A stretch of DNA of 64,000 bases from Planctomycetota bacterium. Its GTDB lineage: Bacteria > Planctomycetota > GCA-002687715 > DRQF01. The notes under the pieces were generated by a model. The model worked only from the letters and a program-made list of their open reading frames with translations. It did not search any database and was not told where the DNA came from. The DNA lies in contig JAZGFI010000271.1 of the NCBI GenBank assembly GCA_036479435.1, forward strand, positions 1 through 64,000, given 5' to 3'. This document shows, piece after piece, positions 32,212-42,045 of this stretch. Position numbers and translations under genes: made by a program. Within the stretch, counting starts at the first letter, position 1, and each line of letters begins with the position of its first letter.

Positions 32212-34137
32212 ATGCGCTATAAGGACTTGGAGCTCTACCCCTTCCAAGAGCAGGCGATACGGGCGATCCAAGCGAACCGCTCCGTCATCGTTTCTGCCCC
32301 CACGGGAGCGGGCAAAACTATCATCGCGGAGTACGCCATTGACCGCGCGCTCCGCGAGGGCCGCCGGGTGGTTTACACCTCCCCCATCAAGGCTCTTTCG
32401 AATCAAAAGTACCGCGACTTCATGGAAGACTATGAAGGCAAGGTCGGAATCATGACGGGTGATGTCACCGTCAATCCCAGCGCCCCAGTCCTCATCATGA
32501 CGACCGAGATCTTCCGCAACACCATCTTCGAAGATCGCTCCCGCCTCGAGGGAATAGACTTCGTCATTTTCGATGAGGTTCATTACCTCGGCGATATCGA
32601 CCGCGGCAGCGTCTGGGAAGAGAGCATCATTTTTGCGCCCCAGGATATCCGTTTCGTCGCGCTGTCGGCAACGATCGGAAACCTCGATGAGCTGAAGGCC
32701 TGGATGTCTGAAGTTCGGCACGCCGAGGTCGAGCTCATCCACACCGACGAGCGCCCCGTCCCGCTTGAGAACTGGCTGTTCTTGGAAGAAGACGGCGTCT
32801 TTTCCCCCCAGCACCTCAAAGAGAATCTTCGGCGCGTTCAGCGCGGCCGACGCCGCCGGGCGACTCCGGGTTCGCAGCGCAGCAAGCTTTTGAAGTGGAT
32901 GATCGAAGAGCAGAAACTACCGGCGCTCTACTTTTGCTTTTCGCGACGCCGCTGTGAACAGCTGGCCCAAAAATGGCAACGCCGCGCCAAGTTACTTAAC
33001 GGCGAAGAACGCGGCCGCGTCGTGACCCTCTTCGACGAACTCATCGAGCGCTATGATGCGGGGCGACATCCCGCCGTCCGCGACATGCGCGAGAGCGTGA
33101 GCCGAGGCGTTCTTTATCACCACGCGGGCATGATGCCGGTGTTCAAAGATATCGTCGAACGTCTGTTTTGCTCCGGCTTGGTCAAACTGCTGTTCACCAC
33201 CGAGACTTTCGCGCTTGGCGTCAACATGCCCGCACGCTCGGTCGTCTTTGATGCGCTATCGAAGTACAACGGCGTCGAAGTCGTGCCCATCACCCCCCTG
33301 GATTTCCGCCAGATGGCGGGCCGCGCCGGACGCCAGGGTATCGACACCAAAGGCGAAGTCTTCTCGCTTCTCGACCCCGAGTTTGATTCGCCCAAACGCA
33401 TCGCCGAAATCCTGCACAAAAAACCGGGGGCCATCAAAAGCCGGTTTTCCCTGGGCTATTCGACCATCTTGAACCTGAAGACCCTCATGGGTGACGACAT
33501 CGGCGAGGCCGTCGAAAAGAGCTTCGCCGCCTTTCAGACCGGCAACGCCAAGATGCCTCTGCTGGACCTGAAGAAGAAACTCCGCGTTCTCAACGATCGC
33601 GGCTATCTCGACGACCAGGGCACCACCGGCAAGGGGCGCTTTTGTTCCCGCATCAACGGTTTCGAAGTCCATTTGGCCGAGTTCTTTTGGGACGGCATCT
33701 TAGAAGACCTCGATCCGATCCCCCTTGCCGTATTGTGTGAAGCCATCATCTACTCGCCGCGCGGCCGAGAAACCGGGCACGCCTTTATGCGTTCGCCCTT
33801 GCCGCAAGCCACTCTCAACCGCTCCAAGAAACTCATCCGGGACTTTCGCAAAGCCGAAACTCGCAACGGCATTATCGAACTCACCAAGCCCCTCGATTTC
33901 GGTCTGTCAGGTGCCATCGAATCCTGGATGCTCGGCGCATCTTTCGGCCAAGTCTCGCGCCGAACCGGCATGCAGGACGGCGACTTCGTGCGCTCGATTA
34001 GACTCGCCATTCAGGTCCTGCGCCAACTCGCCTGGGCCCTCCCCCGCGAGCACCACGTCTCCGACCACGCCCACCAAGCCATCCAACTCCTCAACCGCGA
34101 CGAAGTCGACGCCGAGAAGCAACTCAAAGTGCGATAG
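32212..34137 (+). CDS. Ski2/HelY-like DEVH-box RNA helicase
   Basis: FQ, APTGAGKT, YTSPIKALSNQKY, MTTEIFR, DEVH, LSAT, HHAG, TETFALGVNMPA, QMAGRAGR, DSHCT-like GDFVR. Confidence 0.92.
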   Translation: MRYKDLELYPFQEQAIRAIQANRSVIVSAPTGAGKTIIAEYAIDRALREGRRVVYTSPIKALSNQKYRDFMEDYEGKVGIMTGDVTVNPSAPVLIMTTEIFRNTIFEDRSRLEGIDFVIFDEVHYLGDIDRGSVWEESIIFAPQDIRFVALSATIGNLDELKAWMSEVRHAEVELIHTDERPVPLENWLFLEEDGVFSPQHLKENLRRVQRGRRRRATPGSQRSKLLKWMIEEQKLPALYFCFSRRRCEQLAQKWQRRAKLLNGEERGRVVTLFDELIERYDAGRHPAVRDMRESVSRGVLYHHAGMMPVFKDIVERLFCSGLVKLLFTTETFALGVNMPARSVVFDALSKYNGVEVVPITPLDFRQMAGRAGRQGIDTKGEVFSLLDPEFDSPKRIAEILHKKPGAIKSRFSLGYSTILNLKTLMGDDIGEAVEKSFAAFQTGNAKMPLLDLKKKLRVLNDRGYLDDQGTTGKGRFCSRINGFEVHLAEFFWDGILEDLDPIPLAVLCEAIIYSPRGRETGHAFMRSPLPQATLNRSKKLIRDFRKAETRNGIIELTKPLDFGLSGAIESWMLGASFGQVSRRTGMQDGDFVRSIRLAIQVLRQLAWALPREHHVSDHAHQAIQLLNRDEVDAEKQLKVR

Positions 34138-34197
34138 GTGAGGGCGCTGCTTCGCCACGTACGCTGTGAATTCAGGCTTCCATGGCGCCACGAATTA

Positions 34198-34227
34198 TTG
34201 TTAATTCTCAGTATCCGGTGATATAAT
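34198..34227 (+). promoter_or_regulatory. Promoter of the toxin-antitoxin operon
   Basis: TTGTTA-18 nt-TATAAT with extended -10 TGn. Confidence 0.6.
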
Positions 34228-34260
34228 GACCCTTCATCACTAGATTCCTTGGAGGCCAAC

Positions 34261-34524
34261 ATGAAAGCCACCACTCTCAGCATCTCGCTGCCACCTGAGC
34301 TCGCGCGCTACGTACGGGATAAGGTCGGAACCGGAAACTACGCCTCAGTCAGCGAGGTTATTCGCGAAGCGCTGCGGTTGTTGCAGGCAGAGCAAGGCCA
34401 AGCGCTTGAGTTTGACCAAGACGAAGCCGAACGAGCTATCGATGCCATCCGAAGAGCACGTGTTGGCGTGCAACTCGGCGGCGACCTGACGATCTCAGAC
34501 CTCATCAACGAAGGTCGTCGGTGA
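34261..34524 (+). CDS. ParD-like (CC2985-type) ribbon-helix-helix antitoxin
   Basis: LSISLPPEL...V.TGNYASVSEVIREALRLL; GGAGG RBS; C-terminal LINEGRR. Confidence 0.85.
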   Translation: MKATTLSISLPPELARYVRDKVGTGNYASVSEVIREALRLLQAEQGQALEFDQDEAERAIDAIRRARVGVQLGGDLTISDLINEGRR

Positions 34525-34928
34525 GCGACGTCTTCGTGTTGGATGCTTCGGTGGCACTCTCGTGGTGTTTCGAAGATGAAGCAAGCGAGTTCGCGGACGG
34601 CATTCTCGACTCTCTCAAGACCAACACAGCCCTTGTTCCCTCGGTACTCTTTCAGCTTGAGATTTGTAACGGGCTGCTCGTGGCTGAACGGCGGCAACGA
34701 CTAAGCGAGCTGCAAGTTCGAGAGTGGAAAAGCCAGTTCGAAAAGCTCGCAATTATCGCGATTGCCGTACCCCTAGCGGAGGTTTTCGAACTGGCTCGCA
34801 GGCATCAGCGCTCCAGCTACGACGGAGCCTACCTCACTCTTGCCAAGCGCCAGAACGTGCCACTTGCAACGCTTGATGGCGGAATGCGCCAAGCGGCCAA
34901 GGAAGCGGGAGTTGCTCTTTTGACCTAG
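34521..34928 (+). CDS. vapC: VapC-type PIN-domain toxin
   Basis: VLDASVALSW, LEICN, SSYDGAYL, LATLD; GTGA overlap with the antitoxin. Confidence 0.9.
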   Translation: MSDVFVLDASVALSWCFEDEASEFADGILDSLKTNTALVPSVLFQLEICNGLLVAERRQRLSELQVREWKSQFEKLAIIAIAVPLAEVFELARRHQRSSYDGAYLTLAKRQNVPLATLDGGMRQAAKEAGVALLT

Positions 34929-35005
34929 CGCTAGGCTCAGAGACTCGGTGTGAACATCAAGGATGTCGAGCCTGAACTAAGCTACTGTCGCCATCGCGCT
35001 TCGCC

Positions 35006-35779
35006 CTAATCCTGCGCGGGCAGTTTGAGGACCGAGCCCGCCATCAACTCGATGGATTCGACGTGGCCCATTTGAGGTTGATCGCCCCCAATCACCACAT
35101 GGACATGAGTCTTAGAACCGTGATGGGTCAAGACACCCTCTTGGCCCAAGGCATGGAGGCCAACCAGGGTGCCGCGAACAGCGTCCAGGTGAAAACGAAT
35201 CGGAGCCTGGTCAGAGTTGGGGTCCGCCCGCATCGGGCACATGCCGTTGGCAATGTGCGCGTCTAACTTTGCAAACGGGCCTTCCACCAAAAAGGGAAAG
35301 GGACGCGAGACATCCAGCCCGGCCTCCTCAGCCACACCTTTGATAAAGGCCTCCATGTTCTCCGCCGAGACATCCTCAGTGATGGGATGTTCTGTCCATC
35401 GGGACACTCGCGCCATGACCAACAAAGTGGCTTGCGTGTCGTTCGCTTCGAGAAGCCGACAATCAGCACGCGACTCCCTGACCCGCGACACCCAAACCTC
35501 ACCATCGAGAATCGTCACTTCGCCATTGAGCCCCGCCAGTGCACCGATCGCGTAGACGCCTTTCGAACCCGCGAAATCACGGAGTCGGACCCGCCCTTCG
35601 GTCTTGCCCTTGGCGAGCACTTCGCGCATGGCGCCCCACTGCTGAATCTCGCCATCCCAGAATTCACCAAGCTCGTTTTTGGCCGCGGCCTCCGCAGGCA
35701 CGCGGTCCGCGGAGCAGGCTCCGAGACTCAGAACAGCTAAGGCCATGAGGAACGCGAGAGCGTGATTCTTTGTCAGCAC
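35006..35779 (-). CDS. Alpha-acetolactate decarboxylase-like lipoprotein
   Basis: LGAC lipobox; G..AGLNGEVTILDG; GTLVG; THVH...GHV zinc-ligand pattern. Confidence 0.75.
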   Translation of the reverse strand: MLTKNHALAFLMALAVLSLGACSADRVPAEAAAKNELGEFWDGEIQQWGAMREVLAKGKTEGRVRLRDFAGSKGVYAIGALAGLNGEVTILDGEVWVSRVRESRADCRLLEANDTQATLLVMARVSRWTEHPITEDVSAENMEAFIKGVAEEAGLDVSRPFPFLVEGPFAKLDAHIANGMCPMRADPNSDQAPIRFHLDAVRGTLVGLHALGQEGVLTHHGSKTHVHVVIGGDQPQMGHVESIELMAGSVLKLPAQD

Positions 35780-36038
35780 GAAAGTTCTCCTTCAGAGCAT
35801 GAATGCTCCTGAAATTTAAAACGCCAACTGCAAAGTGAAAACACCGGGCAACTTTCTCCCGGATGGGCGAGCTCGGCGGGGAACCCAGGCAAGGCCCTCG
35901 GACATCTCAAACTTGCGTTTCTCGCCACGGCTTTCAACCGTCGTTCGCCGAAACGCTAAGATCGGACTCGTAGTTCAGGCTTCGCCGCATTCTTCAATCC
36001 GCGGCCTCCACAAGATACTTAGGAGAGTCAAGCTCAGG

Positions 36039-36786
36039 GTGTTCTCCCGTCTATTCCTAACATCGCTGCTTCTGCTTTGTGTGGGTGCGCCAGCCCAACA
36101 AGTGAGTCAGGTCTTTTCGATGCCAGCGGGCTTTGTGCCCATGGACACGAAAATTGCGGACCTACTGGGCGATTCGGCTGAAGACATCCTCGTCGTCGAC
36201 GCGACGGGTACCTTGCTGATTCTTGAGAACCTGGGGGGCAATCAACTTCGTGCATCCCGATGGTCAAATCGGGGGCATGACCATCAATCCGCCCTTATCG
36301 ATCTCATCGACAACTCCGCTCGATGTGGTCTCAAGTCAGCCCATCCTCGTCCTTGGTTCCGGATTCAACCCGGACATGGTCGCCACGCTAGACGGCAACG
36401 CCCTATCACCAATGAGCATCACTCCGACTGAGTTTTCCTTCGCACTCCCGACCGGGACGGACGCCTGCAACGCAACCTTGACCCTCACCAACCCCTGCGG
36501 ACTCGGAGCCTCGATTCAGCTGATCCCTCCACCCATCATTACCAGCCTCTCGTATGACACTGGGCCCGCCGCGGGGGGCGGAGCCATCATCATTTGGGGT
36601 AGTGGTTTCGGCCAAAATGCCCTGGCGCAAGTCACCTTTGGAAACTCGCAGGCTTTGGTCCTTGGCGCAACCGCGAACTTTGTCGCCGCAATTGTTCCGG
36701 CTGGAGTCCCCGGACCCGTCACGGTTGCCGTTACGCCGGGGTCGGGGTGTACGTTGCCGGCAACGACGACTTTCACTTATTTTTAG
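36039..36786 (+). pseudogene. Frameshifted secreted FG-GAP + IPT/TIG domain protein
   Basis: Signal peptide and ADLLGDSAEDILV (FG-GAP-like) in one frame; IPT-like GSGF...P.ITSLS..TGPAAGG..III.GSGF...FTY in another; frames switch near the G6 run at 36233-36238. Confidence 0.65.
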
Positions 36787-36825
36787 ACTTCAGGCCATCA
36801 TCGTTCGCAGCGGCACGGATGGCTA

Positions 36826-37773
36826 CTAACGATCTTTCATCGACGTCTTCGGTTTGGTCTCGCTCTGGACTGGCTTCGGGGCCGCGGTCTTGAAGGCTTG
36901 GATTGGAAGGCCTTGGTTGGGGATGCGGCGGTCGAACTTGATGACGGTCTTGACGTCGGAGCCCGCTTGCGCGGCATCGGCGGGGTTTGAGAAGCGCTCG
37001 ATGCGGGCGAGGAGGAGGATGTCCTTCGACTTTGCGTAGTGGAAGTTTTCCTCCATGAGCAGTCGGTTGTCCCGCTCGAATTTCAGTCCCTCTAAGAGGT
37101 GTTTTTTGCCGCGTTTCGTCCAACGGTAGTGCTGTACGAGAACCCGGCCTCGTTCATCTGTCATCCGCATGGTGACGGGCAAGCCGTTGCTGATGCGGAG
37201 GCGCATCTCGCGGTACTGTTGCTTTTTGATCGGGCGAAAAATGATGGTGTGCTCGATCTGGTTGTTGACCGTCCGCGACTTCAGTTCTTGGCGCCAAGAC
37301 TTGAAACTACTCGCGAGTGGCGCGCCCAAAACGATTCGCTGCGTGACCCGGTGCACATCGTCGACAAGGCCCTTGATAATCTGAGCCCCGTTTTTAGTTT
37401 TGAAGAACGCGGGCTGTTCCACAGGTACTTTGCCGGACTTAAGGACGAGTCCGGCTTTCCAATGAGTGGGGGCCTTCCAGCTGTAGCGGATGGCGTAGTC
37501 TTTGATCGCCTTGCCGACTTCTCCGGACCCAAAGAGTGGCCAGTCAAACTGGTAGTCCAATAGGCCTTCACGGCGTGCGTAGTAGATCCCCTGGTCCACG
37601 GCTTCCAACACCGACTGGGCCGTCGGCACGGCCGGTCTTGAGGTCGAGGTTGGCTTGGACGGTGTTTCGCCCTGAGGCCGGGATGAGGGCCGGCTGTCTT
37701 GCGCTTGAATGCCAGCAAGCATCAGCGAACATGCCAAGAATCCGAGGGCGAGGGTTTTCGAGAACTGATTCAC
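36826..37773 (-). CDS. Secreted hypothetical protein with Ser/Thr/Pro-rich N-terminus; last gene of the radical SAM operon
   Basis: Signal peptide ending AGIQA, then QDSRPSSRP...TSRP; GTGA overlap with the upstream gene. Confidence 0.75.
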   Translation of the reverse strand: MNQFSKTLALGFLACSLMLAGIQAQDSRPSSRPQGETPSKPTSTSRPAVPTAQSVLEAVDQGIYYARREGLLDYQFDWPLFGSGEVGKAIKDYAIRYSWKAPTHWKAGLVLKSGKVPVEQPAFFKTKNGAQIIKGLVDDVHRVTQRIVLGAPLASSFKSWRQELKSRTVNNQIEHTIIFRPIKKQQYREMRLRISNGLPVTMRMTDERGRVLVQHYRWTKRGKKHLLEGLKFERDNRLLMEENFHYAKSKDILLLARIERFSNPADAAQAGSDVKTVIKFDRRIPNQGLPIQAFKTAAPKPVQSETKPKTSMKDR

Positions 37774-38852
37774 GAGTCGCTACCTTTTTGAGGGGCTAGT
37801 TCGCGTCGCAACGCCTTCCAACCATTTCCGAGGATTGTCTGATAGGCCTCACAGGCGGTCCAACAATCGGGGCACTTCTTTTTCTCGATGAGTTCTTGCG
37901 CCTCACGCACTTGCGATGTCTCCATAAGCTCGTCTAAGTCAAAGTCATGCTCGCGCAAGTTGCCGAGGCGCCGATTCCAAGTGATACAAGGATATACGTT
38001 CCAAAAGGGATCAATGAAAACAGAAGATCGTAAGGCCCTGCAAACGTAAGGACTTGTGCCCTTTTTAGAATAGGAGATGAGGTCGTTTTGGAAACGACGC
38101 TCGAGTCTAGAGACAAAGCCCTTGGCCTCGGTTTTGGCCCGGTGGGCCGAGATGGCCTCTAGTTCCGCGGAACGATCGACACCGCGCTGGAGATCCGCGT
38201 GGTCGTCGTTGCCGTAATAGTGAGCGCTGGTTTGGGCGAGATTGAGGTGGAGATCTTCGCGCCTGAATCCCGGAATGCGCTCGCGGAGGACCGCCAGCGT
38301 TTCCTCCACGAGGCCCGAATTCTCGGCGCTCAAGGTCATGCCCGCTTTGGGCATCAGGCGTTGGTCGCCAAGCTCGAAGAGCCGGCGCAAACTTGCGACC
38401 GCATCTTCAAAAAGCCCCGGAGACTGTCGGATGCGATCGTGCACGGCCGGCGGGCCATCGAGACTAACCGTGATCGCGACCTTTTTGACTTTGCTTTCGA
38501 GGGCGATGCGCGCGAGTCCTAGCAGGCGGTCGCCGCGAAAGCCGGTGGTCGGAAAGTCCAAAAGGTAAAGCCGGGGGTTACGAGTCGTCACCGTTCGCAC
38601 GATCTCCTCAGCCTTGGGCTTCATTAGGATCTCGCCGCCGGAGAGGTTGACCCAAGTCCAGTGACCCTGCCGTTCGAAGAAGCGCTCAATCTCCTCTGCA
38701 CTCATGTCATCGCGCGAGGACTTCTTCCAGATGTCACACATCGCGCAACGACAGTTGCAGGCGTAGTTCAAAATCAGAGTCAGTTTGAAGGGTCGACCGC
38801 GACGAGTCAGATTCGAAGCGACGATGTCGCGGGCCAAACTGAGGACTCTCAT
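37770..38852 (-). CDS. Radical SAM protein with SPASM/twitch-type C-terminal domain
   Basis: CNCRCAMC, SGGE, SLDG, C...DPFWNVYPC...CPDCWTAC. Confidence 0.9.
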   Translation of the reverse strand: MRVLSLARDIVASNLTRRGRPFKLTLILNYACNCRCAMCDIWKKSSRDDMSAEEIERFFERQGHWTWVNLSGGEILMKPKAEEIVRTVTTRNPRLYLLDFPTTGFRGDRLLGLARIALESKVKKVAITVSLDGPPAVHDRIRQSPGLFEDAVASLRRLFELGDQRLMPKAGMTLSAENSGLVEETLAVLRERIPGFRREDLHLNLAQTSAHYYGNDDHADLQRGVDRSAELEAISAHRAKTEAKGFVSRLERRFQNDLISYSKKGTSPYVCRALRSSVFIDPFWNVYPCITWNRRLGNLREHDFDLDELMETSQVREAQELIEKKKCPDCWTACEAYQTILGNGWKALRRELAPQKGSDS

Positions 38853-40777
38853 TCGCCCTTCTCCCGCGCCAAACGCGCCAAGAATGCGGCGCGCTCGGCT
38901 TTCATGCGAGGGCGATGGGCTGGCGGCAATTCCCCTAAGAGCGCTTGGTACTCGGCCAGGATCTCATCGCGGCGTTTTTTCCCGACGATGCCGGCGAGGA
39001 TACTGACGCGCCAGGTTCGAACATCGAGGTCCGAGACTTTGAGTTCTTGCAAGACATAACGAAAATCGCTGAGAGCAAGGGTTTGACGCCCGGCGAGGTT
39101 TTGGAGAAACCCGCGAATTTTCAAGAATTCGACGAGGCGCCTTTGCCCCTTAGGGCCGAGGACGCGAAGGCGGCCAAGAAAACTCTGAGACCTCCCCAAA
39201 CTCGCAGCCGCAGCTTGGGTTTCGAAGTTGGGACGACTTAAGTCGGCACGCATGCCGATTTTCTGCGCACTGCGGTGCATCAATTCGATGACGGCGTCGA
39301 GGTTCGGATCGGCGTCCGGCTTGCCTTCGATCCAGTCGTCGAAAAGTGCTCCTCCCGCGGCGATGGCGCCCGCGGGATCACCACCGTAGTTCGCGGCCTT
39401 GACCAAAACGGCGCGGCCGCCAAAGTTCGACTGCCATGAGTTGCGAATGAGCTTGTAGGCGCGGCGACCATCGAGGCTGGGGTCAGCACTCTCAGCGCGG
39501 TCACGGTCGATACGGGCCATGATGGCGCGACCCAAGTTGTAGCGAGCTCGTGAACTCTTCGCTTGGGTTCCACCCTCTGCGTCTTCTCGCTCGACCACCG
39601 GCTCCCAAAGGCTCTGTTCGTCAGCCCAGGTTTTTTGCACGGCGAAAAGACGAAGCGAGGCGATCACTATGATTCCCGCAAACAAGGCTATGGCGAGTTT
39701 CGGCGGGCAGTACTTCAGCAAGAGTTTGGCAAAGGCGAGGCTGAAAAAAGCGAGGCTGGGGTAAAAGAACCTATCGGCAGCAACGATATTGAGGGGCACG
39801 ACTTGTAGGACGGGCAGGAGCGCGATCAAAGCGGTTCCCGCCAACAGACTTGAGGCCCCCAGGCCCCGACGATGCCAACGGTAAACGACGCTGCCCGCCA
39901 AGGCGAAAAACAACAACCAACCGAGACTCGCTGCCAGCCATGAGGTGTCGTCCCAATACCAATCAAAACGAGGGGTCAAGACCAACAGGTAGGCGCCCGC
40001 GTAGTAGCTCAGACCTTGCCCCATGTCCCACAAGGCCTGAAGAACGGGCCGAGCATTCTGGCTCGTTCCGACATCGCTCAAAGCCGCGGTGCGTAGGAAC
40101 AGGTAAGCCGCCACCAAGAATGCGACGCTCGCTAGTTCCCAGATCCGTGCCCGCAGCCCACCTTGCCCGTCCGCGCAGGCAGCCAGTCCCAAAACGAGCG
40201 GCAGGGTAACCGCCATTTCTTTCCCCATGACCGCCAAGAAAGCCGCGACCACCAAGCAGGGAATCGACACGGCAAGGCGGGGCCGCTGAAGAAAAACCAA
40301 GAGTGCCAACAGTGAAAAGCAAAGCGCCAGTCCGTCGCCGAGACTCGAAACCCAGGCCACGGTCTCTGCCGCCATGGGGTGCAAGCCAAAAAGCAGGGCT
40401 CCCGCCGCCGCGGCTAAAGGTGCCAGCCCCAAGCGCTGCCCGATGAGCGCGAGGAACAAGACGGACATCAGATGAAGGAGGATATTGAGGGCACGATATG
40501 CTGCGGGCGGCAAGGCCTCATCGCTCGCGAAGAACTGAGCGAGCCGCCCCCAAAGATAGGTGCGCAAGGGACGATAGGCTCCGCCAACCGTCGCTTCCAC
40601 CGACAGGATCTTGGGATCACGGATCGCCTGCATGATCCCCACGCCGTCGCGAACCGCGGGGTTGGCCGCGACGAATCGATGGTCGTCGTAGACGAATTCA
40701 TGCGACAAAGTGGGGAGGTAGGCGGCACCGGCGAGGATGGCCACGGCAACAAACAAAATCAGAATGCGGGCGCTCAT
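38849..40777 (-). CDS. TMTC-like multi-TM GT-C glycosyltransferase with helical (TPR-like) C-terminus
   Basis: FVYDD, YRPL, NILLH, HP...ETVAWVS, GKE, ADRFFYP, W.DE.SLW, ARYNLG, matching bacterial TMTC homologues. Confidence 0.8.
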   Translation of the reverse strand: MSARILILFVAVAILAGAAYLPTLSHEFVYDDHRFVAANPAVRDGVGIMQAIRDPKILSVEATVGGAYRPLRTYLWGRLAQFFASDEALPPAAYRALNILLHLMSVLFLALIGQRLGLAPLAAAAGALLFGLHPMAAETVAWVSSLGDGLALCFSLLALLVFLQRPRLAVSIPCLVVAAFLAVMGKEMAVTLPLVLGLAACADGQGGLRARIWELASVAFLVAAYLFLRTAALSDVGTSQNARPVLQALWDMGQGLSYYAGAYLLVLTPRFDWYWDDTSWLAASLGWLLFFALAGSVVYRWHRRGLGASSLLAGTALIALLPVLQVVPLNIVAADRFFYPSLAFFSLAFAKLLLKYCPPKLAIALFAGIIVIASLRLFAVQKTWADEQSLWEPVVEREDAEGGTQAKSSRARYNLGRAIMARIDRDRAESADPSLDGRRAYKLIRNSWQSNFGGRAVLVKAANYGGDPAGAIAAGGALFDDWIEGKPDADPNLDAVIELMHRSAQKIGMRADLSRPNFETQAAAASLGRSQSFLGRLRVLGPKGQRRLVEFLKIRGFLQNLAGRQTLALSDFRYVLQELKVSDLDVRTWRVSILAGIVGKKRRDEILAEYQALLGELPPAHRPRMKAERAAFLARLAREKGE

Positions 40778-42045
40778 CTCGGACGGGTCTGCCGAGGATT
40801 CGGCAGGGGATTGACTCTGGGCTGTTTTGCCTGGACTCCCTCAGCGCTTCCCGCCGCGCCCGATGAAAGCCGGCTTACCGGCGCGGCCCAAAACTCTGCG
40901 AATGCTGCGTCGACTTCGTCAACTTCGATACTCTCGATGCAAATCGGCAGCCGACAACGCGATTCCTTCGCGTTGAGATTCGTCAGGCAGGGCGAGCAGG
41001 GAAGGTCGCGGTAAAAGACCTGCCCGCGTTCATGCAAGGGGCCGTAGAGAGCTGGAGTGTTCGGACCATAAAAGGCAAATACCGGACAGCCAGTGGCACT
41101 TGCCAGGTGCACCGGAAGCGTGTCGTTGCAAAACAGCGCGTCAACATGGTTCAACAGGGCCGCGAAGGCCGGAATACTCAAGCGACCCGCGGCGCGCACC
41201 ACAGGTTGGCTCAAGTTAGCCACACAAGACTCGATCAGCGGCAACTCCGCCGGTACCCCGGTGAGGATGACGCGGGCTTGGTGGCGCTGCTGCAAGCGAC
41301 GGATGAGTTCAGTGAAACGAGCCTCGGGCCAACGCCGCCCGATGAAGTTGTCACCGGAACCGATGTGAAAAACGCACAAGGGGCCTTTTGCGGCCAGGCT
41401 TTTTGCTTCCTTGAGGATGACCGCGGCGGCCTCTTGAGCCGCCGCATCCAGAGGCAGTGGCTCTGGACGGTAGCTGCCTTCGAGCCCCAACACGCGGCCC
41501 AGATCAAAGAAAGTCTGGCTCATGTGCTGATCGTTGCAGTAGGGAACCACGGCCGTGTAGAGACCGGCCCGGGCTTGGCCGGGGGTTCTTAGTCCGACGC
41601 GCTGAGCGGCACCCGAAAACCAGGTCAACAAGGCGGACAGCCGGCAGAACTGCTCGAAGTCCAAAACGATATCGGGCTTCGAACTCCGCAGGGCGAAAGC
41701 CGCTTTGGGGAGCGACATGAACAGACGCGGCAAGCTCGCAATGTCAAAAGTCAGCACCTCGTCGACCTCGGGCATCGGCTCGAGCAGTTCGCGGTTGCCC
41801 GGCAACGTTAAGAACACCAGTCGCGCCTGCGGGTAGCGTTGCTTTAGGCGTCGGATGATGGGCATGATCAACACGACGTTGCCCGCTCCCCAGAGCTTGA
41901 TCAAGGCGATGCAACGCAGGTCCGCAATCTCATTTTTTTTGGGCTTGGGCCGCAGCGGTGAACTGAGTGCGGACAAGATGCGACCGAGGAACACCAAGGG
42001 TATTCCGATCCAACGGTCCACGAACTTTCCAAAGGCCAAATTCAA
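40774..42045 (-). CDS. Glycosyltransferase family 9 (heptosyltransferase-like)
   Basis: IKLWGAGNVV, VDEV, RRWPEARF, GRLS, CNDTLPVHLASA, YGP...YGP, CSPC. Confidence 0.88.
   Translation of the reverse strand: MNLAFGKFVDRWIGIPLVFLGRILSALSSPLRPKPKKNEIADLRCIALIKLWGAGNVVLIMPIIRRLKQRYPQARLVFLTLPGNRELLEPMPEVDEVLTFDIASLPRLFMSLPKAAFALRSSKPDIVLDFEQFCRLSALLTWFSGAAQRVGLRTPGQARAGLYTAVVPYCNDQHMSQTFFDLGRVLGLEGSYRPEPLPLDAAAQEAAAVILKEAKSLAAKGPLCVFHIGSGDNFIGRRWPEARFTELIRRLQQRHQARVILTGVPAELPLIESCVANLSQPVVRAAGRLSIPAFAALLNHVDALFCNDTLPVHLASATGCPVFAFYGPNTPALYGPLHERGQVFYRDLPCSPCLTNLNAKESRCRLPICIESIEVDEVDAAFAEFWAAPVSRLSSGAAGSAEGVQAKQPRVNPLPNPRQTRPR

Noticed and set aside
32056..32213. Apparent head-to-head overlap of yebC and the helicase in the ORF track
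   Set aside because: Real starts are at 32096 (-) and 32212 (+), leaving an ordinary divergent spacer
34140..36800. Mobile element or prophage
   Set aside because: No integrase, transposase, terminal repeats or flanking tRNA detected
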